Origin: Meiothermus sp.
GTDB lineage: Bacteria > Deinococcota > Deinococci > Deinococcales > Thermaceae
DNA length: 64,000 bases
Assembly: GCA_033762915.1 (NCBI GenBank)
Contig: JANRLD010000053.1
Span: 32,001 to 96,000, forward strand
Direction of reading: 5' to 3'
How positions within the stretch are numbered: position 1 is the first letter of the stretch; the number at the start of each line of letters is the position of its first letter. The notes below the pieces were generated by a model, which had not been told where the DNA came from, ran no database searches, and was given only the letters and a program-made list of their open reading frames with translations. This document shows, piece by piece, positions 56,604 through 64,000 of the stretch. Both the position numbers and the translations under genes were made by a program.

Positions 56604-59600
56604 GTGTCCGTGAATCCGAGTTCCCCCACACCCTCGCTCGAGCAACTCCTGCTGGAGTGCAGCCTTGAGCTGCTGCGCGAGCCCGACCAGGCCACCTTCT
56701 TCGAGCGGCTGGTGGAGCAGGCAGCGCGGCTGCTGGGGACCCCCGACGCCTACTTGTACCTGACCAAGGGCGAGCAGCTCGTCAGCCAGGTCGCCCTGGG
56801 GGTACACGCCCCACTCAGAGGACACCGCCTGAACCGCGGGCAGGGGGTGGGGGGGGTGGTATGGGAGCGCGGGCAGGGCGTGCGGGTCGACGACTACGAT
56901 AGCTGGGAGCTGCGCTCCCCGAACTTCCCCTACGGCCTGCTGCACGCCATCGTGGGGGTGCCGATCCGCCTCGAGGGGCAAACCGTGGGGATGCTGGGGG
57001 TGAGCAGCCCCGACCCCCAGCGGCGCTTCGTCCAGGCCGAGGAGGCGGTACTGGAGCGCTTTGTCCAGGTGGCCGAGCTGGCCCTCAAGCACTACCGGCT
57101 GGCCGCCGAGCTGAAGGCCCAGCGCGACGAGGCCACGCGGCTGCTGGCCAGCCTGTCCGAGGCAGTGGTGCAGACCGACGGCAGTTGCGTCGTCACCTAC
57201 CTGAACTCCGCCTGGGAGCAGCTCACCGGGATGCGGCCGGCGGACTGCGTGGGCCGGCCGTACGTCGAGTTCATCCACCCCGACGACCGCGAGCGGCTCA
57301 TGGAGGAGATCGACCGGCGGGCCGACCGGCCGGTAAGCTCCTACGAGTACCGCCTGCTCCACGCCACGGAGGGCTACCGCTGGGTGAACAGTCGCGCCCA
57401 GCTCGAGCTGGGCGCGGACGGGTGGGTGCTGCGGGTCAACAGGGTACTCACCGACATCACCCAGCACCGCCAGGACGAGCAGGCCCTGCGCCAAGGCGAG
57501 GAGCGCAAGCAGCAGTTGCTGGAGAGCCTGGGCGAGGCGGTGGTGGAGGCCGACCGCCAGGGCCTGATAACCTACGTCAACCCGGCCTGGCAGGACATGA
57601 CCGGCTTCAGCGCTGCCGAGACCGTGGGGCGACACTACTTCGAGTTCGTCCACGCCGAAGACCAGCCCGCCGTCGTGAGGCTCATCCGCCAAGCCCGCGA
57701 AGAGGGGTCGGCGGAGCGCCGCCTCGAGTACCGTCTGGTGGTCAAGGGCGGCGGGCTGCGCTGGGTCAACAGCCAGGGCAACTGGCTGCGCGGCGCGGAC
57801 GGGCAGATCCACGGGATGACCGGCGTCCTCACCGACATCCACGCCCGGCGCGAGGCCGAGGCGGCCCTGCTCGAGAGCCGCGAGCGCTTTCGGCGGCTGC
57901 TCGACACCACCCCCGGGGTGGTCTGGGAGGCCGAGGTGGGCGGGGGCAACATCTTCATAAGCAGCCAGGCCGAGACCATCCTGGGCTACACGCCCGAGGA
58001 GTGGTTGGACGATCCCGACTTTTGGCAGCAGCGCCTGCACCCCGCCGACTTCGAGACGACCCTGGCCCTGAACGCCCAGGCCGACCACGCCCCCCACGGC
58101 TTCTCGTACGAGCTGGAGTACCGGTTTATGACCAAATGGGGGCAGTACGTCTGGATCCGCGACCTGTGCCGGGTGGTCGTCGAGCCGGGTAAGCCGAGGC
58201 GCTTGCTGGGACTGATGGTTGACATCACCCACCAGAAGCAGACCGAGCTCGAGCTGGCCGTGAGCGAGGAGCGCTACGCGTTGGCAGCACGGGGCTCCAA
58301 CGACGGCATCTGGAACTGGGACCTCCAGACCAACCGCGTGCACGTGTCGGCCCGGCTCAGCGCCATCCTTGGACTCCCGGCGCAGGAGGCCACCCACGAC
58401 TCGGCCTGGGGGCTGTTCGAGTCCGTCGTGCATCCCGAAGACCTCGAGCGCGCCACGGCGGCGGCCCAGAACCATCTGGCCGGGGAGACGCCCGGGGCCT
58501 CGGTGGACCTGCGGATGCGCCACGCCGAGGGGCGCTGGATCTGGGTCAACCTGCGGGGGGTGGCCCACTTCAGCCCGGGGGGGGTGGCCAACCGCATGGC
58601 CGGCTCGCTCTCGGCCCTGGCCGAACGCGGCAGCTACTACGACCCCCTAACCCACCTCCCCGGCCGCTCGCTGTTCAACGACCGCCTCGAGCGGGCCATC
58701 GCCATGCAGTCCAGAGACCCTGCCCGGCAGTTCGCGGTGCTCTTCCTCGACCTCGACCGCTTCAAGGTCATCAACGACTCGCTGGGCCATCACGCCGGGG
58801 ACCTGCTCCTCACCGAGGTGGCGCGGCGGCTCGAGAGCTGTCTGCGGCCCGGCGACACCGTCGCCCGGCTGGGCGGCGACGAGTTCGTGGTGCTGCTGGA
58901 GGGGCTGCACAACCCGGAGGAGGCCCTGCGGGTGGCCGAGCGCATCCGCGAGGCTCTGGCGCAGCCCTTCAGGCTGGGGGCCAACGAGACCTTCAGCGGG
59001 GTCAGCATCGGGGTGGTGGACAGCGCCAACAGCTTCGGGAGCGTGGAGGACTACCTGCGCTCCGCCGACACCGCCATGTACAAGGCCAAGGGCGAGCGGC
59101 TGGGGGTCAGCCGCTACAGCCCGCAGATGCACGCCCAGGCCAGCCTGCGCCTCGAGACCGAGGTCAGCCTGCGCCGCGCCCTGGCCCAGGGCGAGTTGAC
59201 CCTGCACTACCAGCCGATCATCGAGCTGAACAGCGGGCGGGTGCGGGGCTTCGAGGCCCTGGTGCGCTGGCACCACCCGACACGGGGGCTGGTCTACCCG
59301 CTCGAGTTCATCCCGGTGGCCGAGGAGACCGGCCTGATCGTCCCGCTGGGGCAGTGGGTGCTGGGCCGAGTCTGCCGCCAGCTCACGGCCATTCAGGAGC
59401 GCCACCCCGGCCTCTACGTCAGCGTCAACGTGGCCGCCCGCCAGCTCCAGCAGGCCGGCTTCGCCGAGGAGGTGGAGGCGCTGCTGGCGGCCCACAGCCT
59501 GGGGGTCGGTTGGCTGCAACTCGAGATCACCGAGAACTCGGTGGTCGAGGGCAGCGCGACGGTGCTGGAAAACATCGAGCGGCTACGTCGGCGGGGCGTC

Positions 59601-59951
59601 TACATCCACCTCGACGACTTCGGCACCGGCTACTCCAGCCTCTCCTACCTCCGCAAGCTGCCCATCGACGCGCTAAAGATCGATCGCTCCTTCATCGCCC
59701 AGCAGCACCACCGCTCCAACCGCCAGATCGTCGAGGCGGTGGTGCAGATGGCCAAGGCGCTGGGCCTGGCGGTGGTCTGCGAGGGCATCGAACTCCAGAC
59801 CCAGGCCGACTGGCTGCGCCGCCTCGAGGTGGAGTACGGCCAGGGCTACCTCTACGCCCGCCCGATGCCCGCCGAGCGGCTCGAGAGGTTTCTGGCGGAA
59901 GCCTCGAGGATCGAGCAGGCCAATGCGGTGCGGGCAAAAGCGGAGGGGTGA
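56604..59951 (+). CDS. GAF-PASx4-GGDEF-EAL c-di-GMP enzyme
   Basis: Four PAS/PAC (HP.D-like) repeats, RxxD I-site plus GGDEF, EALVRW, DDFGTGYSSL. Confidence 0.95.
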   Translation: MSVNPSSPTPSLEQLLLECSLELLREPDQATFFERLVEQAARLLGTPDAYLYLTKGEQLVSQVALGVHAPLRGHRLNRGQGVGGVVWERGQGVRVDDYDSWELRSPNFPYGLLHAIVGVPIRLEGQTVGMLGVSSPDPQRRFVQAEEAVLERFVQVAELALKHYRLAAELKAQRDEATRLLASLSEAVVQTDGSCVVTYLNSAWEQLTGMRPADCVGRPYVEFIHPDDRERLMEEIDRRADRPVSSYEYRLLHATEGYRWVNSRAQLELGADGWVLRVNRVLTDITQHRQDEQALRQGEERKQQLLESLGEAVVEADRQGLITYVNPAWQDMTGFSAAETVGRHYFEFVHAEDQPAVVRLIRQAREEGSAERRLEYRLVVKGGGLRWVNSQGNWLRGADGQIHGMTGVLTDIHARREAEAALLESRERFRRLLDTTPGVVWEAEVGGGNIFISSQAETILGYTPEEWLDDPDFWQQRLHPADFETTLALNAQADHAPHGFSYELEYRFMTKWGQYVWIRDLCRVVVEPGKPRRLLGLMVDITHQKQTELELAVSEERYALAARGSNDGIWNWDLQTNRVHVSARLSAILGLPAQEATHDSAWGLFESVVHPEDLERATAAAQNHLAGETPGASVDLRMRHAEGRWIWVNLRGVAHFSPGGVANRMAGSLSALAERGSYYDPLTHLPGRSLFNDRLERAIAMQSRDPARQFAVLFLDLDRFKVINDSLGHHAGDLLLTEVARRLESCLRPGDTVARLGGDEFVVLLEGLHNPEEALRVAERIREALAQPFRLGANETFSGVSIGVVDSANSFGSVEDYLRSADTAMYKAKGERLGVSRYSPQMHAQASLRLETEVSLRRALAQGELTLHYQPIIELNSGRVRGFEALVRWHHPTRGLVYPLEFIPVAEETGLIVPLGQWVLGRVCRQLTAIQERHPGLYVSVNVAARQLQQAGFAEEVEALLAAHSLGVGWLQLEITENSVVEGSATVLENIERLRRRGVYIHLDDFGTGYSSLSYLRKLPIDALKIDRSFIAQQHHRSNRQIVEAVVQMAKALGLAVVCEGIELQTQADWLRRLEVEYGQGYLYARPMPAERLERFLAEASRIEQANAVRAKAEG

Positions 59952-60115
59952 TTTGCTGAAGGCCAGGGGTTAAAGGTCGACCCCAGTTCCCGCCTGTGCT
60001 ACCCTGAAAGACTGCGCCTTGGACAGGTAGTTATGTAGCCCGGCCCATCCCCTACCCGACTCGCCCGGTTCGCCGGGTGATTTTTCCTGCAACCACACCT
60101 CATAGGGGATGATTC

Positions 60116-60751
60116 ATGAGCACCTACCGCAAGTACCCCAGCACGCCGCACCTGCCCTGGTCGCCGTGCGTACAGCCCGACGATGTCACCCTGGACGCCA
60201 CAAGCCTTCTCGAGGGCAAGGAGGTGGTCGTCGTCGAGAAGCTGGATGGCGAGAACACCTCGATGTACCCCGACTACATCCACGCCCGCTCTACCAACCC
60301 GCGCCCCCACCCCTCCCGCGACTACGTGAAGGCCCTTCACGGCCAGATCCGGGGCAACATCCCGCCGGGCTGGCGCCTGGTCGGAGAGAACGTGTACGCC
60401 CTCCACTCCATCTTTTACGACAACCTCGAGGGCTACTTCTACCTCTTCTCGATCTGGGACGAACACGACGTCTGCCTCAGCTGGGACGAGGTGAGGGAGT
60501 GGGCGGCGCTGCTCGAGCTGCCCACCCCTAAGGAGTTCTATCGTGGGATCTGGGACGAAAAGACCATCCGAGCCATCCGGGTAGACACCCAGACCTGCGA
60601 GGGCTATGTGGTGCGAACCGTGGAGGGCTTTGCCTACAAAGACTTTGCCCGCCACGTCGCCAAGTGGGTGCGCCCGAACCACATCCAAACCGACGAGCAC
60701 TGGATGAACCGGGCGGTGGTGCCCAACAAACTGAGGACGGAAAGCCGGTAG
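60116..60751 (+). CDS. ATP-dependent RNA ligase family protein (stand-alone nucleotidyltransferase domain)
   Basis: KYP.TPHLPWS, motif I EKLDGEN, GEN, EGYVVR, KWVR. Confidence 0.88.
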   Translation: MSTYRKYPSTPHLPWSPCVQPDDVTLDATSLLEGKEVVVVEKLDGENTSMYPDYIHARSTNPRPHPSRDYVKALHGQIRGNIPPGWRLVGENVYALHSIFYDNLEGYFYLFSIWDEHDVCLSWDEVREWAALLELPTPKEFYRGIWDEKTIRAIRVDTQTCEGYVVRTVEGFAYKDFARHVAKWVRPNHIQTDEHWMNRAVVPNKLRTESR

Positions 60752-60808
60752 CCCATAGCCATCGACCGCAGCGGGCGATGAGCTATCGGCAGGTTTACGG
60801 GGGGCAAC

Positions 60809-62077
60809 ATGCACGCGCTATTGCAACACATCTTGCAGGGCGGGAGGCCCGAACTCGAGGAGTTCTTATGGCAGCTCGGCACGGCCTTCCCGCTGCTTTT
60901 GGAGCTGGAGAAGACGCCCCAAGACCCGGTCTGGCACGCCGAGGGGAACGTCCGGGTTCACACCTCGAGGGTCTTGCGCGAGGTGTACCGGGCGCTCGAT
61001 GACGAGGCCGAAGCGCTAACACCGGGGCAAAAGCTGGCCCTGGTGCTGGGCGCGGTCTTTCACGACATCGCCAAGCCGGTGACGACCAGGGAGCAGGTGT
61101 TCGACGGCACCGTGCGCATCATCGCGCCGCGCCACCCCGAGCAGGGGCGCAGCCACCTGGCCTACAGGCTGATGGGTCTGGGCCTGCCCCATCCGGTGGT
61201 TCTGGACGTGCTGGCGCTGGTGGGGCACCACCACGACCCCCGCAAGCTGGTCAAGAGCTCCGCCGCCGGGGGCAGGTACTGGCAGCTCAGCAGCCTCTGT
61301 AACCCGGCCCTACTCTACCCGCTGGCGCTGGCCGACATCCGGGGCCGGGACGCGGCGGACCACCGGGAACAGCTCGAGATTGTCGAACTCTACAGGCTGT
61401 TCGCCGAGGAGCATGGGGCCTGGACACCCGACCCGTACGCCGCGTGGCGGGAACCGCTCGAGGCCGAGCTGGGCCGGGGCGCCCTGGCCGACTTGGTAAC
61501 GGGCGAGGCCCGCGCGGACCACGCCGCCGGGCTGATCTCCACACCCGAGGAGGCGCTGGCCCGCTCCTACAGGTTCCGCCGGGGCTTCGGGGAGTTGGTG
61601 GTGATGTGCGGCCCCAGCGGATCGGGCAAGAGCACCTGGATCGCCAAGAACCTGCCCAACCACGCGACCGTCTCGCTGGACGAGTTGCGCGAGGAAATCG
61701 CGGGCAGGCGGGCCGACCAGAGCATGAACGGTCGGGTGCAGCAGGCCGCCCGAGAGCAGCTCAAGGCCCGCCTTAGAGAACACAAAAAGGTGGTCTGGGA
61801 CGCCACCAACCTGCGCCGCGACTTCCGCGCCCCGATCCTCGAGTTGGGCCGCCTCTACGGCGCGGCAACCACGCTAGTGGTCTTCCAGGCTCCGGAAGCC
61901 GAGTTCTTCGCGAACAACCGGACCCGCGCCCACGCCGTCCCTGAAAACGTGCTGGCCAGGCAGTTGGGGATGCTCGAGTTCCCCTACCTCAGCGAAGCCC
62001 ACCGAACTGTCTTCGTGGGGGCCAAGGGCCTCGAGCTTAATAAATTCGGCTTCAGCAGCTCCGAGGGGCCTGGGTGA
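60809..62077 (+). CDS. HD-domain plus P-loop polynucleotide kinase (HD-Pnk-like)
   Basis: QDP.WHAEGNV..HT, FHDIAKP, GHHH, ADIRGR; GPSGSGKST, SLD.LR, WDATN. Confidence 0.88.
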   Translation: MHALLQHILQGGRPELEEFLWQLGTAFPLLLELEKTPQDPVWHAEGNVRVHTSRVLREVYRALDDEAEALTPGQKLALVLGAVFHDIAKPVTTREQVFDGTVRIIAPRHPEQGRSHLAYRLMGLGLPHPVVLDVLALVGHHHDPRKLVKSSAAGGRYWQLSSLCNPALLYPLALADIRGRDAADHREQLEIVELYRLFAEEHGAWTPDPYAAWREPLEAELGRGALADLVTGEARADHAAGLISTPEEALARSYRFRRGFGELVVMCGPSGSGKSTWIAKNLPNHATVSLDELREEIAGRRADQSMNGRVQQAAREQLKARLREHKKVVWDATNLRRDFRAPILELGRLYGAATTLVVFQAPEAEFFANNRTRAHAVPENVLARQLGMLEFPYLSEAHRTVFVGAKGLELNKFGFSSSEGPG

Positions 62078-62251
62078 TGGCCTTGAGGCCGTCCCGACCC
62101 CTCGGCCCCGCGGCCGCTGGGGGCATTGTGACCAATAAACCGAGGCGGCGGCCCGGGGGTGTTAGTCTAACAGCGTTTCCGCATCGCCCCCTGTCGTCCC
62201 ACGGGTGGGCCAAATCCCCCGAAACATTGCGCACAACCCAGGGACACCGCC

Positions 62252-64000
62252 ATGCCAAGACGCTCGGTGCAAAAGCTCAACCAACTGCTGCTGGGGGTGG
62301 CCGAGATTGCCCACCGCCTGACCTCCGGCGACGCCCTGGCGCAATTGCCGGAAGTGGTGCGGATCCTGGGCCAGGGCCTGGGAGTGGATCGGGTCTACCT
62401 GAACCAGTACCACCCCGGCGAGGGGGGGGAGGTGCGGGTCAGCCAGCGGGCCGAGTGGACCTCGGACAAGGTGGCCCCCCTGCAGCACAACCCCGCCATG
62501 CAGAACCGGCTGCCCTACGAGCCCTTCCGCCAGCGGCTGCTGGCCGGGGAGATCCTGATGCTCCACCGCCAGGACATACCCGCGCCCTTCCGCAGGCACC
62601 CCGCCCTGGCGGACATCGGGTCGTTCCTGGAGGTGCCGATCTTCGCCGGCGAGGCACTGTGGGGCTTCATCGGCTTTAACTCGGTGAGACGGCGGCGCAC
62701 CTGGGACGAGGCCGAAGTCAGTGTGCTGCGCACCGCCGCCGACAGCCTGGGCAAGGCCCTCTGGCGCGAGCAGGCCCAGCAGCAGTTGCGCCAGGAGCAG
62801 AACCGCAGCCGGGAGCTGCTCCTCCAGAGCCGCCGCAACAACGAGCGCCTGGAGCTGCTGCTCAAACTGGCCCGAACCCTCAAGAGCGACCTTGACCTGC
62901 CCGACCTCTACCGCCAGGTGGTCGAGACGGTGGCCCAGACCTTCGGCTACGAGCTGTTCTCGATCTACTTGTGGGAGGACGGCGAGCTGGTGATGCAGCA
63001 CCAGGTCGGCTACGAGTTCTGGCTCGAGCGCATCCCGGCGGGCGAGGGGGTGATGTACCAGTGCTTCACCCGAGGCCAGCCAATCTGGCTGGCGGATGCC
63101 CAGGACGACCCCCGCTTCATCGGGATGCAGCCCGACATCCGCTCGGAGATCGCGGTGCCGCTGCGGGCGGGGGGGCGGGTGGTCGGGGTGATCAACGCCG
63201 AGAGCATGACCGTCACCTACACCGAGCACGACCTCGAGTTCCTGGTGGCGGTGGCCGACCAGATCAGCGTGGCCCTCGAGCGCTCCAGCGCCTACAACGC
63301 CCTACGCGAGCAGGAGGCGCTGCACCGGCTGGTGCTGGACAACCAGTCGGAGTGCGTCAGCCTCTTCGACGGCGACACCCTGATCTACACCAACCCGGCC
63401 AGCCTGAGGGCGGTGGGGGCAGAGCACCTGGAGGAAGTGGTGGGCCGCTCGCTGGGCGGCGTCAGCGCCGGCGGGCGCACCCCGCTCGACCTCAGGAAGT
63501 ACGCCCAGGCCCTGCGCGAGGGCCGCAGCGTTACCCTGACCGAGGCCAGCTTCCGCAACCTACGCGGCGAGGCGGTGGAGATCGAGATTACCCTCTCCCC
63601 TGTCCAGATGGCCGGGCGACGGCTGACCCTAGCCACCTGGCGCGACATCCGCGAGCGCAAGCGGGCCGAGGCCGCCCTGCGCCAGAGCCAGGAGCGCTTC
63701 CGGGCGCTGGTCGAGACCTCGCCCGACGGCATCCTCGAGCTCGATCCAGACGGCCAGATCCTCTACGCCAACGCGGCCTTCGCCTGGCTGGTGGGGGCCT
63801 CCGGCCCCGCCGAGGTGCAGGGCCAGAACATCAGCCGCTTCCGCCCCGCCGACGTTCACGCCCCCGCCCAGCCCGCCCCGGAGGCCCACCACCCCTTCCA
63901 GGCAGCCTTCTCCGAACAGAAATACGCGAGGGTGGACGGGCAGAGGGTGGCGGTGGAGGTGGGCCGGGCGCAGATTCCCGGCCACAACCGCTCCATGCAG
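62252..64000 (+). CDS. GAF-GAF-PAS-PAS sensor protein; partial, runs off the right edge; absent from the ORF track
   Basis: From ATG 62252: LGVDRVY, SFLEVPI..WGFIG, RSEIAVPL..VVGVIN, RDIRERKRAE..LRQSQERFRALVE. Confidence 0.85.
   Translation, partial: MPRRSVQKLNQLLLGVAEIAHRLTSGDALAQLPEVVRILGQGLGVDRVYLNQYHPGEGGEVRVSQRAEWTSDKVAPLQHNPAMQNRLPYEPFRQRLLAGEILMLHRQDIPAPFRRHPALADIGSFLEVPIFAGEALWGFIGFNSVRRRRTWDEAEVSVLRTAADSLGKALWREQAQQQLRQEQNRSRELLLQSRRNNERLELLLKLARTLKSDLDLPDLYRQVVETVAQTFGYELFSIYLWEDGELVMQHQVGYEFWLERIPAGEGVMYQCFTRGQPIWLADAQDDPRFIGMQPDIRSEIAVPLRAGGRVVGVINAESMTVTYTEHDLEFLVAVADQISVALERSSAYNALREQEALHRLVLDNQSECVSLFDGDTLIYTNPASLRAVGAEHLEEVVGRSLGGVSAGGRTPLDLRKYAQALREGRSVTLTEASFRNLRGEAVEIEITLSPVQMAGRRLTLATWRDIRERKRAEAALRQSQERFRALVETSPDGILELDPDGQILYANAAFAWLVGASGPAEVQGQNISRFRPADVHAPAQPAPEAHHPFQAAFSEQKYARVDGQRVAVEVGRAQIPGHNRSMQ

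Overview
High-GC bacterial chromosomal window, very probably Thermaceae (Meiothermus/Calidithermus-like, phylum Deinococcota). This is inferred from the protein families, the very frequent CTCGAG palindrome, and TANNNT -10 boxes placed just before many start codons. Housekeeping content: argJ, hslO, tRNA-Ser(GGA), nusB-folD, aspartokinase, mrp, murQ, xylA. The best candidate for an undescribed system is a ~13-kb minus-strand cluster (33656-46586). It joins a sulfoglycolysis-like upper pathway (sugar ABC transporter, fucose-isomerase-fold isomerase, YihV-like kinase, LacD/YihT-like aldolase) to a sulfolactate desulfonation module (SlcC, ComC, SuyAB). It also holds three tandem Nudix genes and an aminotransferase, and its likely GntR regulator is displaced by an inserted WD40 lipoprotein gene. 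Other accessory features: a RuBisCO-like protein plus cupin pair, a bacterial indoleamine 2,3-dioxygenase, an NrtR/ADP-ribosylglycohydrolase/NadM operon led by an orphan gene with a palindromic operator, an RNA ligase plus HD-Pnk repair pair with a structured leader, an ATP-grasp/alpha-E pair, an IS256 relic beside the tRNA, a missed 46-aa membrane peptide, an sRNA candidate, and two families of dispersed intergenic repeats. No CRISPR array, rRNA or prophage was seen. All functional calls come from motif recognition by eye; no database searches were run.
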